Positions 11,178-21,344 are shown, counted from the first letter of the stretch. The stretch: DNA of 64,000 nt from an uncultured delta proteobacterium (GCA_963727625.1 CAVSHR010000005.1:864001-928000); one strand, 5' to 3'. Program-made: numbers and translations. The notes: generated by a model from the sequence alone, not told the origin.

Positions 11178-12470
11178 TCAACTAGGGAATTCGGGTTGCG
11201 CTTGATGATCTTCAACCAGCTTCTTGGCGAAATCTTTCCAGTGCATCGATTTTGGAATGACCTCGGAAACGACCATGAGATGCGGGAAGCGGTTCGCTTT
11301 TGGATCGCTGATTCGGTGGCGGGGCTGGCGGCCCTGCTTGACGTCCTCGATTCCATTCAAGAGAAGTTTGCGCGCCGCCACGATCGCTTTGTCCGACGAC
11401 ACCAGGTGCTCCATGGTGCGGTTTTGAACCGCGCCTTGGCTTTCCGTCGCGAAAGCGTCATGCGCTTGAAAGTTGAGCCCCATGCCGGTGAAGGTTCGAT
11501 CGCGCATAGAATCGCGGTCCTGCAGGTAGCGGTTCGCCGCCTCCTGGCCCAAGCGATAATCCGACGAGACATCGGCCCGGTGTTTTTTGCGCAGCTCGTC
11601 GGTAAGAGCCTTTTCCCGGCTGAACATGAAAACATATTTCCAGTGGCAGGTGTCGTCGATCGGCACATGCCAGTGGATCGCGTAGCCCTCGCCCACCGTC
11701 GAACCGCCAAAGGCGGACAGATTGGGCATGATGAAGTTGGTGATGCGTAGGTAGGTCTTGTCCGAGCCGGTGCCCCGTATCGTGTAAATCCGCAAACCGT
11801 AATCCATCACCTCGACCTCGATGATCGGCGCAAGGTCTTCGGCGAGCAGCGCATTGTCGGTCGTGCGGGTTCCCGGAACGATCCGCTTGTGCGCGACTTG
11901 GGCTTCGTTCAGGTATTGATGCAGAAAGGACAGATGGACGGGATCGATATTCCCTTCATTACCCTGGAGATAATTGCAGCGGTAAAAAATCTTGATCACC
12001 GTCCTCTGCGCTTCCGGCACGGTGAGAAATTCGTAATTTGGCAGCAGCGGCGGTTCGCCGCCTCCCATATAGGCAAACACCACTCCGCCGGCCTCCTGGC
12101 AGGGGTAGGCGAGATGGCAGATGGCGTCCCGCTGCGCCCCGCCGCCCGGCTCGCCGGGTTGTTCAAGGACACGGCCGCGAATATCGTAAAGCCAACCGTG
12201 ATAAAGGCAGCGCAGTCCGCCGTTCTCGACCCGCCCGTAACTTAAATCGGTGCCGCGATGGGAACAGTGCAGTCCCAACAAACCCGGCCGGCCTTGATCG
12301 TCGCGAAACAGCACCAGTTCTTCGCCGAGTATCTTGACCGTCAGCGGTACGCCGCCGGCAGGTAGTTCCTCGCTCAGCGCCACCGGCTGCCAGTAGCGCC
12401 GCATCAGCTCGCCGCAAGGCGATTTGGGACCGGTTTCGGTGAGGAGTCGGTTTTCTTCCTGGGGAATCAT
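11178..12470 (-). CDS. Rieske non-heme iron oxygenase alpha subunit (phthalate 4,5-dioxygenase/LigX-like)
   Basis: CSH...CLYH Rieske ligands; EGNIDPVHLSFLH mononuclear iron site. Confidence 0.93.
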   Translation of the reverse strand: MIPQEENRLLTETGPKSPCGELMRRYWQPVALSEELPAGGVPLTVKILGEELVLFRDDQGRPGLLGLHCSHRGTDLSYGRVENGGLRCLYHGWLYDIRGRVLEQPGEPGGGAQRDAICHLAYPCQEAGGVVFAYMGGGEPPLLPNYEFLTVPEAQRTVIKIFYRCNYLQGNEGNIDPVHLSFLHQYLNEAQVAHKRIVPGTRTTDNALLAEDLAPIIEVEVMDYGLRIYTIRGTGSDKTYLRITNFIMPNLSAFGGSTVGEGYAIHWHVPIDDTCHWKYVFMFSREKALTDELRKKHRADVSSDYRLGQEAANRYLQDRDSMRDRTFTGMGLNFQAHDAFATESQGAVQNRTMEHLVSSDKAIVAARKLLLNGIEDVKQGRQPRHRISDPKANRFPHLMVVSEVIPKSMHWKDFAKKLVEDHQAQPEFPS

Positions 12471-12557
12471 TGTCCCGCCCCTTAGAGATTCGTCGACAAT
12501 CCAATCGCCATCAAATGGCTACTTTATATCTATTTAATCTGCGGTTCGGCAAGTAGT

Positions 12558-12998
12558 TTAACGGGATATTTGCTTCACGATCCCGTCGATGAACCCTGCG
12601 TCATCTAGCTTCTTCACCCAGTTTAAATCCCACAGCGTCATCTGAGCCAAAGCGTCACCGCGTCCGGTTCGACATGCGCTCGCACCGCCATCGTTTTGCC
12701 TTTGAGATCGGCAATGATTTGGATATTTTGCGGCATCGACGAGAGCAAGTCCGCCGCCTTGGCTCGGCGCGCAGAAGAGGACGGCTTTCTTGCCCTTGGC
12801 GGCTCGCTCGTAGAGAAACTCCAAATGCTCGATCAGAACATCCGCGGCGCCGTTGAAGAGCGCCGCTTCATATTCGTCGCCGTCCTTGACCTTGCTGACG
12901 CGAACGTCGAAGTCGTAGTGGCGCGCGGCGATCTCGCGAATAGCGAAGATCACCGGCGTCCGATCGTCGTCGCGGTAGGCGAGCGTCAAGCCGCCCAT
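12558..12998 (-). pseudogene. Internally deleted, signal-less SBP-fold protein
   Basis: N-terminus and C-terminal MTLWDLNWVKKLDDAGFID resemble the 331-aa protein at 28996-29991 (MALWDLHYLRTLDQSGFID); the middle is missing. Confidence 0.7.
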
Positions 12999-13008
12999 TT
13001 TCGAACTC

Positions 13009-13458
13009 TCACGCTGACCCATCAACGCGCCCGCTCGCGGCTTCAATAGCGGATCGGATTCGGGTGGCAAAGCTGATGTCGGGCCGAACTTTCAAAATGC
13101 TGCCATGGGAGACATTGACCGTGCCGGTCTTCACGCCGCGCGGCTTCGACACGTAACGCGCGCGCGTACAGTGCACCGGCACCATTCGGGCGTTGCGCGC
13201 TTTACTGTGATAGGCCGCTACCGCCGCGGCTTGGCGCAGGGTTTCACGGCTCGGCTCTTCACTTTCTTTGGACTGGAGAATGATATGACTGCCGGGAACT
13301 TTGTCTGCGTGAAACCACCAGTCGTTGGGCGCCGATATTCTGGTGCTCAGATAATCGTTAGCGGCATCGGTGGCGCCGGCGAACAGTTTCCATCCGCCGG
13401 GAAGCTCGTAGGCGAATAGGCGCGGCTTGGCGGGAGTCACCATCGCATCGTTGGTCAA
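13009..13458 (-). CDS. Stand-alone NFACT RNA-binding domain (DUF814) protein
   Basis: NDYLS...DWWFHADKVPGSH...AAAVAAYHSKAR...YVSKPRG pattern. Confidence 0.88.
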   Translation of the reverse strand: MTNDAMVTPAKPRLFAYELPGGWKLFAGATDAANDYLSTRISAPNDWWFHADKVPGSHIILQSKESEEPSRETLRQAAAVAAYHSKARNARMVPVHCTRARYVSKPRGVKTGTVNVSHGSILKVRPDISFATRIRSAIEAASGRVDGSA

Positions 13459-13468
13459 TCCGCTTCGA

Positions 13469-14488
13469 CTATTTGCCGTGCAGGCGCTTGAAGAAGCCTT
13501 CTTCTTCCATGTTCTTTAGCAGCGTAAGGTCGAGAAATTCCGCGGCCTTCCTGCCGCGCAAATGCGGCAGTATGCGGCTCAAATCTTCGATATCGTTTTG
13601 AATCGCCGCTTCGTTGGGAAAAGGCCGGATCGGAATCGAGCCGAGCAAATAATTTTTGTGCATCGACTCGAGCAGCTCCTGGTCGGTGATTCTCATATGC
13701 TTGCGATAGGTCTGCATGGCCACTTCTTTGTTGTTGCGACCGATCCAGATGCCCTCGGTGAGCGCCATGAGAAAACCCTTGAGCTGGCGTGGGCGCTGCT
13801 TCAGCATTAGGCGGCTGGTCGCAATATCGCTGCCGGTCGTGAACACCCCGGCGTCGTAGAGATCGGCTAGAACGGAAAATTTCATACCGCGATGGGCAAG
13901 TGCCAGCAGGTTATCCTCCGTGCCCAGCGTCGCGTCGATCTTTCCTTGCATCAGCATTAACAGGCGGCGGTCCGATTCGCTTACTCCGGTGGGGATAAGT
14001 TGCACATCCTTGCCGGGAATCAGTCCGAGCTTGGGCAGCAGACGCTGCAAGGCAAAGTCGGAGCCGGCGCCGATGCGGCTGGAGCCGATGATCTTGCCCT
14101 TGAGCTGCTGCACGCTCTTGATCGAGGGATGAGCGATCAGTTTATAAGCAATATGGCCGAGGCTGGCAATGATCACGATCGGCGCGCCGCGCGCCGCCGC
14201 GCCCACCGCGGAAGAACCCGACGCGGCAATGATATCCACGCTGCCGCTGAGCAAGGCGTTCACGGAAGTGACGCCGGAGGAAATGTAAATCAAATTGCCG
14301 TCGAGACCATATTTCTCGAATAGCCCCAGATCCTTGGCGATCCAGAGCGGCGCGCGGGTTCCCGACACAGAAGCGTAGGAAATGGTGAACGAGTCGAGCT
14401 TCTTGTCTTGCGCGAAGCCCCCCCGTGAAGCGATCACGATCATGAACACGACTATTAGCGACCAGAATGTTTTCCCGAAAGACATCAT
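13469..14488 (-). CDS. ABC substrate-binding protein (NMT1/SsuA-like)
   Basis: Signal peptide; PLWIAKDLGLFEKYGL and QLKGKIIG motifs. Confidence 0.9.
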   Translation of the reverse strand: MMSFGKTFWSLIVVFMIVIASRGGFAQDKKLDSFTISYASVSGTRAPLWIAKDLGLFEKYGLDGNLIYISSGVTSVNALLSGSVDIIAASGSSAVGAAARGAPIVIIASLGHIAYKLIAHPSIKSVQQLKGKIIGSSRIGAGSDFALQRLLPKLGLIPGKDVQLIPTGVSESDRRLLMLMQGKIDATLGTEDNLLALAHRGMKFSVLADLYDAGVFTTGSDIATSRLMLKQRPRQLKGFLMALTEGIWIGRNNKEVAMQTYRKHMRITDQELLESMHKNYLLGSIPIRPFPNEAAIQNDIEDLSRILPHLRGRKAAEFLDLTLLKNMEEEGFFKRLHGK

Positions 14489-14525
14489 AATCGTCCCTCC
14501 GTTACGATGCGCGATCTCCGCGGCA

Positions 14526-15257
14526 TCAGTAGTGCTGACCTTCTTTTAACGTGCGGATTCCGGCGCGAATCTGCGCCTTCGATTTCACCTTATGTTTGTA
14601 GAGCAGGAACGGCCAGGCGCGATAGGGATTCTCCAGGCGCGCGTTGTTGCGTCCTCGTCCGGCGTCGACCATCGGCTTGAGTTCGGTAAGGCTCATCATC
14701 AAAAGCTGGTCCTGACACGCCCTCTCCAGTTGAATCGCCGAGATACAAGCGCCTTCGATCCCCGGCCCGGCCACGACGATGCCGTGACCGCGGAGAAACG
14801 TCGCCCAGTGGGCGCCAAGATTTTCTACCATGCGCTGAGCCAGAGCGAAATCATTGATGCCCCGGCTCTCTGGAAAGATCGGTACGCCGTCGGCGAATAT
14901 ACGTGCTTCGCGGTTGAACGGAATCAAACCTTGATCCAGCAAGCCGACCAGGATCGAATAGCGCGCGTGACAGTGAATCACGCTGCCGACATCGGGCCGG
15001 GCGCCGTAGACGGCGGCATGAATCGGCGATTCGGATGGAATCGGCCCTTTGCCGGCGATCCGTTTGCCGTCGAATGTGACGGTGCAAATGTCTTTCGGAT
15101 CGGCGAGCGCACCGGCAAAGCGCGGGTTGATGAGAAAAGTTTCCGTGCCCGGAATACGCGCGCTCAGATGCCCCGAGCCCGTAAGCACGCCTTCTCCGGT
15201 AATAACTTGAATGCCCTCGACGAGGCGGCGCTTCAAATTTTGGACTTTCGGAGCCAT
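14526..15257 (-). CDS. Class II aldolase/adducin family protein
   Basis: GHLSAR, SESPIH, VIHCH and LRGHG metal-binding motifs. Confidence 0.92.
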   Translation of the reverse strand: MAPKVQNLKRRLVEGIQVITGEGVLTGSGHLSARIPGTETFLINPRFAGALADPKDICTVTFDGKRIAGKGPIPSESPIHAAVYGARPDVGSVIHCHARYSILVGLLDQGLIPFNREARIFADGVPIFPESRGINDFALAQRMVENLGAHWATFLRGHGIVVAGPGIEGACISAIQLERACQDQLLMMSLTELKPMVDAGRGRNNARLENPYRAWPFLLYKHKVKSKAQIRAGIRTLKEGQHY

Positions 15258-15350
15258 TGAACCCTTGAACCTTGAACCCTTGAACGATTTCGCGCTTATC
15301 GCACTGTGTTAAACGTTTCAAACCGCTTGAACGCTTTGAACGGCTTGAAC
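15257..15350. repeat. TTGAAC tandem repeats (7-9 nt period)
   Basis: About seven TTGAAC-like units in the intergenic gap. Confidence 0.75.
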
Positions 15351-15351
15351 C

Positions 15352-16110
15352 TTATCCCCGTTTCAGCCACTCGCAATAAAACCGCCATAGCGTCTCCGCC
15401 CCGCCCCCACCCATGCCCTGCCCGCGCCGGTTCATGAAAGCATCCATGTCCCCTTCCGATATCGTCGAGACTTTGCCCAGTGAGGCGGCCTGCAAATTGA
15501 GTTTGGCCAGGGTATCGAGTTTGACCGCCTTAATGGTCGCGTCCTCGACGTCCTTGCCGCAGACCACCGCGCCGTGACCGCGCAGCACACAGATATCGTT
15601 GTCGCCCATCACCGCCATCATCTCGCGCACCTGATCTTTTGAATGAAGCGTGACACTGCTCTGATAGACCGGAATGCCTGCGATTGCCATGCGCATGGCG
15701 CGCGGATCATACCCGCCGAAAATCGGCCTGAGCTCGATCCCGGCCATGCTGGTCAGCACGATCGAGGCGGGATGCGCATGCACGATCGCGCCGACGTCGC
15801 TGCGGCACTTGTACAGCTCACCGTGGATGCAGGACTCGTTGGGCGGCTTGAGCGCGCCGCTTTTTTGCGTGCGCTGTCCTTCGAAGTCGGCCCGCACAAT
15901 GTCTTTCGGCCTGGTGAATAATAACCCGCTTTCTTCTCTGCCGCGGCCGCGGATCCACATGGATTTGCCGTCGGCGCTGCGCGCGCTCACATGGCCGGTG
16001 GTCTCCTTGAACATGCCGAGCTTGGCGAGGATCTGACACGACAGCGCTACTTTTTTGACGAGAGCGGCGTCGCTTAAGGAATTCTGAATTTTGGATTTTC
16101 GATTTTGGAT
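15352..16110 (-). CDS. Class II aldolase/adducin family protein (start uncertain)
   Basis: GHVSAR, NESCIH, IVHAH and LRGHG motifs; frame stays open upstream of ATG 16014 through ALVKKVALSCQILAKLG to an ATC at 16110. Confidence 0.85.
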   Translation of the reverse strand: MQNRKSKIQNSLSDAALVKKVALSCQILAKLGMFKETTGHVSARSADGKSMWIRGRGREESGLLFTRPKDIVRADFEGQRTQKSGALKPPNESCIHGELYKCRSDVGAIVHAHPASIVLTSMAGIELRPIFGGYDPRAMRMAIAGIPVYQSSVTLHSKDQVREMMAVMGDNDICVLRGHGAVVCGKDVEDATIKAVKLDTLAKLNLQAASLGKVSTISEGDMDAFMNRRGQGMGGGGAETLWRFYCEWLKRG

Positions 16111-16277
16111 TGCGCTGCTCCCGGAAAAGCTATGCGCTTAGTAACACGCGGTCATTCTTGCGTCAACGCGAGATTGATCAAGCGAGGAATCCTTCATTGT
16201 GTGCAGTCTGGCCCTGTATTCAGTCTGTGCCATGACCTTTTGTTGACGGCCGAAACATATTTCGATACCTGTCATCC

Positions 16278-17228
16278 ATGCCGCTTAAAATTTGGCTCCG
16301 CGTAAAACTTCCTGAAAACGAGGTCGCGTCGCTTCGGGATAGCTTTTCCGATTGTGCTTTGCTCCAGGGAGACGATGCGGCAATCGATGCGCAATGGCTG
16401 CGCGAGGTCGAAGGGGTTTTCACGGAAGAGGTTTTACCGGACGAGCTGGTCCAGCGGATGCCCCGCTTAAAATGGCTGCACGTCACCCGCGGCGGCGTGA
16501 ATTCATATCTCACGCCTACCGTGACGGCGCGCCCGATCCAGGTAACGGGCTCCAAGGGCGTACACGGCACGGTCTTTTCCGAGTTCGCCCTGGCCTGCAT
16601 TTTTGCCCTCGCGAAAAAGCTCCCAGCATGCTTCGAGGCGCAAAACGCACGTCAATGGCAGAAGCTTCAACCCGTCGAAATCGAAGGCCAAACTCTCGGC
16701 ATCATCGGCCTCGGAACCGTAGGCACGGTGTTGGCGCAAAAAGCTAAAGCCCTAGGCATGCGTGTGATCGCGACCAAACGTAGCCTTACTGATAAGCCGG
16801 ATTACGTCGATCAGCTCGGCGCGGGCGACTTCCTACCCGAGCTTCTCACACAATCCGATTACGTGGTTTTGCTGCTTGCGTCGGTGCCGTCGACTTTCAA
16901 CCTCATCGGCGAAAACGAGCTGCGCCGAATGAAAAAGAGCGGCTACCTGATCAATCTCACGGGCGGCCGAGCGATCGACGAAACATTGCTCGTGCGCGCC
17001 CTCAAGGAAAACTGGATCGCCGGCGCCGCACTGGATGCCTTCGCGCGTCAGCCGCTGCCGCAAGATTCCGAGTTATGGAACCTGCCGAACGTGATCCTCA
17101 CGCCGCGCATCGCCGGTCTCACCAGCCAAAAATGGCCCGCCCTGCTGCCGATCTTTACCGACAATTTGCGACGCTTCCTCGCCGGCCAGCCACTGCGCAA
17201 TCTGGTCGACAGAGAACTCGGGTATTGA
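16278..17228 (+). CDS. D-2-hydroxyacid dehydrogenase-fold protein with substituted catalytic triad
   Basis: GIIGLGTVG Rossmann motif; NLTGG, DAFARQPL and TPRIAG in place of NxARG, DVFxxEP and TPHxAG. Confidence 0.88.
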   Translation: MPLKIWLRVKLPENEVASLRDSFSDCALLQGDDAAIDAQWLREVEGVFTEEVLPDELVQRMPRLKWLHVTRGGVNSYLTPTVTARPIQVTGSKGVHGTVFSEFALACIFALAKKLPACFEAQNARQWQKLQPVEIEGQTLGIIGLGTVGTVLAQKAKALGMRVIATKRSLTDKPDYVDQLGAGDFLPELLTQSDYVVLLLASVPSTFNLIGENELRRMKKSGYLINLTGGRAIDETLLVRALKENWIAGAALDAFARQPLPQDSELWNLPNVILTPRIAGLTSQKWPALLPIFTDNLRRFLAGQPLRNLVDRELGY

Positions 17229-17468
17229 TCCATTCGAGATGTTGGTTGATGGGAAGGGAGCAAATGCGTTTCACGGTTAGACCCCAATCCCGCTGGGTGA
17301 AAAGCGAAGCCTCCGCTTAGATGCGCATCGTTAAAAATTGGTATTGTGTCCCCCGGAATTGCCCCAATTTCATTATATGGCAAAGCCCGGGAGGCGGATC
17401 TTTGAGGCTCATGCAAAGATGTTAGGCTCAGGAGCGCTCTGACTCACTACCGATTTTTCACCAACCAC

Positions 17469-17501
17469 TTGAACGGTTTGAACAGCTTGAACGTTTTGAA
17501 C
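17469..17501. repeat. TTGAAC 9-nt tandem repeat (4 units)
   Basis: TTGAACGGT-TTGAACAGC-TTGAACGTT-TTGAAC. Confidence 0.8.
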
Positions 17502-17581
17502 TCCCTATAAATTAAGCTCGCCTTGTCCCCCGCCATCTTTCTGTAGTAGATTCCCGGGTAATCAAGCAGGAGGTTAGCGTC

Positions 17582-18625
17582 ATGTCATCCTATCTATACG
17601 TTGGAACCGATGAGGGCGTGGTCACGCTCAAGAGCGAAGACGGCCGGGCCTGGAAACAGGAACATCACGGCTTGAAAGACTGGGCCATACCGGAAGTCGC
17701 GGTCTCGCCTGCCGCGCCGAATAAAGTTTTCGCGGGCACCCGCGGCGACGGCGTGTGGCTGAGCGAAGATTTCGGCGCGACCTGGAAGAAGCCCTGCTAC
17801 GGCAAGCGCGGCCCGGGCAAAGTGCGTTGCTTGACCTTCGATCCGAAGGACAGCCAAACACTCTACGCCGGCACCGAGCCCATCGATGTTTTCGTCAGTC
17901 ATGACGAAGCCAAGAGCTGGGCGCGCCTGGATTCTATTTGGAACGTTCCCTGGGTGTCCACGGTTACCTATCCGGTGGCCGCCGTGGAGCCGCACGTGCG
18001 CGACATCACCATCGACCCGAAAGACACCAAGACCATGTACGTCGCCCTGCAAGTCGGCTACATGCTCAAGACCACCGACGGCGGCTGCAACTGGCAGCTT
18101 TTGAATGAAAACTTGGATTGCGACGTTCACACCATCGTACTTCATCCCGACGACAGCGAGAAAATTTTTATCGCCACCGGCGGGCACGACTGCCGCGCCG
18201 GTCGCGCGCCGGGCCGCGCGCTTTACTCCAGCCAAGACGGGGGCAAGCATTGGACGCCGATGGCGGCCGAGTTCAAAGAGGAATATTCCGTGCCATTGAC
18301 GATCCACCCGAAAAAATCCAACGTGCTTTACTCCGCTGTGGCAAACGGCCAGCCCGGCGCTTGGCGCAAGCGCCCTTCAGGCGCCGAGGCGTTTTTGATC
18401 CAGTCTACCGACGGCGGCAAGAGCTGGGAGAAGCTCGAAGGCGAAGTTTCCAAAGCAAATAAAAGCTTCGTTGAAAGTTTTGCCTTCGATCCGAGCGATG
18501 CCGATCGCATGTACGCGGCACAGCGGAGCGGCGACCTCTTCGGCAGCGAAGACAGCGGCGCGAGCTGGTTCAAACTGAATCTAAACGTACCGCAGCTTTC
18601 GGATCTGAAGGCGGCACACACTTAA
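17582..18625 (+). CDS. BNR/Asp-box beta-propeller protein (Ycf48/VPS10-like), no signal peptide
   Basis: About seven SxDxGxxW Asp-box repeats. Confidence 0.9.
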   Translation: MSSYLYVGTDEGVVTLKSEDGRAWKQEHHGLKDWAIPEVAVSPAAPNKVFAGTRGDGVWLSEDFGATWKKPCYGKRGPGKVRCLTFDPKDSQTLYAGTEPIDVFVSHDEAKSWARLDSIWNVPWVSTVTYPVAAVEPHVRDITIDPKDTKTMYVALQVGYMLKTTDGGCNWQLLNENLDCDVHTIVLHPDDSEKIFIATGGHDCRAGRAPGRALYSSQDGGKHWTPMAAEFKEEYSVPLTIHPKKSNVLYSAVANGQPGAWRKRPSGAEAFLIQSTDGGKSWEKLEGEVSKANKSFVESFAFDPSDADRMYAAQRSGDLFGSEDSGASWFKLNLNVPQLSDLKAAHT

Positions 18626-18688
18626 GGCAGCACACTGGCAGGACCAAACCTTGAACTCTTGAACCTTGAACGTGGAACGAAATTTCTT

Positions 18689-19591
18689 ATGGCAACCCTA
18701 GTAGGCTGCGCGGCCATGTCCCATGCGCCGCAGTTGATGCTCAACCCCGATCACTGGCACCTGCTCAAAAACCGCGAGAGTGAGCACTTGCCCGAGAAAC
18801 CCGGCTTGGAGCGGGAAACCGCCGAGGTCAAGTGGTCCAAATGGAACGGCTGCATGGCGGCCATCGCCAAGCTGCGCGACAGGGTCGAACAGATCAATCC
18901 CGATATTCTGATGGTAATCGGCGACGACCAGCACGAAAATCTCGTCGACGACAACATGCCTCCGTTCACGATTTTCATCGGCGAAGAAGCCGAAGCGAGC
19001 ACCAGTCTGCGCTACTTGAACCAGCCCAAGTCGGAGAACCGCACCAGCTATCGCGTCGATGCTTCGCTCGCAAAATCCTTGGTCGACGGGCTGATGGACC
19101 AAGGATTCGACCCATCTTATTCCAAACGTACGCGCTACGACGGCGGTCTCGGCCATGCGTTCGCCCGAGTGCTAAAATTTTTGAGCCCGCAAGCGAACTA
19201 TCCGGTGATTCCGGTGATGGTGAACACATACTATCCACCGGCGCCGTCGGCCAAACGCTGCGTTGCGTTCGGCAGGGCGCTCGGCGAAGTCATACGCCGG
19301 CTTCCCGATGACAAACGGATCATGATCGTCGCTTCCGGCGGCCTCAGCCACACCACCATCGACGAGAATCTGGATCACGCATTCATCCAGGCCTTGGAGC
19401 AAAACGACCAGAGTTACATGGCCGCCATGCGCGCCGCGGATTTGGTCGAAGGGACTTCCGAGATTCGCAATTGGATCGTCGTCGCGGCCGCCGCCGACCG
19501 GCCCGGGAAGCTCGTCGATTATTTCCCGCTTTACCGTACCACCACCGGCATCGGTTGCGCCATGGGCTTCGCCCACTGGGATTGCGCCTGA
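18689..19591 (+). CDS. LigB-like class III extradiol ring-cleavage dioxygenase
   Basis: MSHAP, GDDQHEN, GHAF, ASGGLSH and GTSEIRNW motifs. Confidence 0.9.
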   Translation: MATLVGCAAMSHAPQLMLNPDHWHLLKNRESEHLPEKPGLERETAEVKWSKWNGCMAAIAKLRDRVEQINPDILMVIGDDQHENLVDDNMPPFTIFIGEEAEASTSLRYLNQPKSENRTSYRVDASLAKSLVDGLMDQGFDPSYSKRTRYDGGLGHAFARVLKFLSPQANYPVIPVMVNTYYPPAPSAKRCVAFGRALGEVIRRLPDDKRIMIVASGGLSHTTIDENLDHAFIQALEQNDQSYMAAMRAADLVEGTSEIRNWIVVAAAADRPGKLVDYFPLYRTTTGIGCAMGFAHWDCA

Positions 19592-19937
19592 TGTTTAATC
19601 CGCCGTTAGTGTAGTGGAATTAAAGTTTGTTAAACAATTTATCCGGCGTACTCCTTGTGATTGAAAGTCCGCGCGGCGCCGATAAATTTTACGACAATTC
19701 ATAACGCGGGGAACGGGGGACTTACCCGCGCCAAGACGCCGAGAACGCAAAGTTCGGAGTCGTAGTTTTTCCTGGAGGTTTTTTGCGCCTTTGCGCGAGC
19801 CATTCCGAAAATCAGTTGTGGCTCTGCCGCGCTGTATTACCGTCATGTCGGTGAAAACGGGTGTCTCTTCTCGGCCTGCTGGCTGTTGCTTCCATGCCCT
19901 TTCGTCCCTTGCGCCGTTCGTGTAGAAGCATTTGTTG

Positions 19938-21263
19938 ATGAGCGACATGTCGAATTCTCCGGCGGCTCCGTCAGGCCGGCTCGCCGCCTTTCACTACCGC
20001 GACTTCAGGCTTTTTTGGCTGAGCTTGTTCATCTCCAACATCGGCACCTGGATGCAGATGACGGCGACCAACTGGCTGTTGTATGAACTCACCGGTTCAC
20101 CGCTGAAGCTCGGCCTCAACGGCGTCTTTCGCGCGATTCCGGCGATCGCGCTCGGCTTGATCAGCGGCACCTTCGCCGATCGATACGATCGCAGAAAGCT
20201 GCTGCTTGGGACCCAACTCGTCTTGGCCGGACTCAGTCTCACCCTCGGCCTCCTCGACTACGCCGGCCATATTCAAGCCTGGCAGATTTATCTCTTTACC
20301 TTTATCAGCTCGTCGGTGGGCTCTTTCGACGGTCCGGCGCGCCAGGCGCTCTTTCCGTCACTGGTGCCGCGCGCGGTTTTGCCCAACGCCGTAGCGCTCA
20401 ATTCGCTTTTGTGGAAGGGCGCCGCCTTGCTTGGCCCCACCCTCGGCGGCATCGCGATTGCTGCCATGGGTACGTCCGGCGCGTTCTTTGCCAACGCCGC
20501 CAGTTTTCTAGCCGTCGTGATTGCTTTGATGCTGATGCGCGCGACTTCGCCGGCGCAGGAAAAACGACGCGACTTCCTCGGCGAGACCAAAGCCGGCTTC
20601 TCCTACATCGTCTCCCAGCCGATTATTCTCGGGCTCACCGTGATGGAGGCCTTCGCTTCGGTTTTCGGCCTGGATCACGCCATGCTGACGATTTTTGCCA
20701 GCGACGTTTTTCGCGTCGGCGCATCGGGCTTTGGCTTCTTGTTATCGGCACGCGGCGTCGGCGCCGTGGTCGGCTCGAGCGTCTTCATCGCCATGGGGCA
20801 GCGCGCCGCTCAGGGCAAGATGCTTTTCATCTCGGCGATCCTGTACGGCGCCGGCTTCGCCGTTTTCGGCCTGTCGCCTTCTTTTACCTCGGCGTTGATC
20901 CTGCTCGCCTTCGTCGGCGCCACGGATACCATCTGGAGCGCTGCCCGCAGCACGATATTGCAAATGCTCACACCGGAAAGGTATCGTGGCCGGGTCATGG
21001 GTGTGTTCCAGTTGAGCAATCGCGGCCTGCATCCGCTCGGGCAGATGGAAACCGGCCTCGTCGTGCCGCTCATCGGCGCGCGCGAAGCGACGGTGCTGGG
21101 CGGCGTGATTGTGACGTTCATGACGTTACTGACCGTCTGGCGGGTGCCGGTGATCCGCCGTTTTAGTTGGGACAAGGAAATGATGGAATCCGACGAACCG
21201 GAAGCCGGCAAAGACAAGGCTGCGAGTGAGCTCAATCGAGCCACGGCGCAGACGGAACGCTAA
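19938..21263 (+). CDS. MFS transporter (DHA3-like)
   Basis: FRLFW...SNIGTWMQ, GTFADRYDRR and RGRVMG motifs. Confidence 0.92.
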   Translation: MSDMSNSPAAPSGRLAAFHYRDFRLFWLSLFISNIGTWMQMTATNWLLYELTGSPLKLGLNGVFRAIPAIALGLISGTFADRYDRRKLLLGTQLVLAGLSLTLGLLDYAGHIQAWQIYLFTFISSSVGSFDGPARQALFPSLVPRAVLPNAVALNSLLWKGAALLGPTLGGIAIAAMGTSGAFFANAASFLAVVIALMLMRATSPAQEKRRDFLGETKAGFSYIVSQPIILGLTVMEAFASVFGLDHAMLTIFASDVFRVGASGFGFLLSARGVGAVVGSSVFIAMGQRAAQGKMLFISAILYGAGFAVFGLSPSFTSALILLAFVGATDTIWSAARSTILQMLTPERYRGRVMGVFQLSNRGLHPLGQMETGLVVPLIGAREATVLGGVIVTFMTLLTVWRVPVIRRFSWDKEMMESDEPEAGKDKAASELNRATAQTER

Positions 21264-21344
21264 GCCGATCCAATCCCAGACCGGCCCTGAAAATTTATCG
21301 GAATGAAATCGCGGGACATCTCATCGACTCCGGCGCGGGAGCTG

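Noticed and set aside
17230-17460. Possible riboswitch or ncRNA in the long intergenic gap
   Set aside because: No recognisable aptamer consensus; only a GGGGAC-like motif on the minus strand.
15257-18678. CRISPR array interpretation of the TTGAAC repeats
   Set aside because: Units are 7-9 nt with no spacers, and no cas genes are present.
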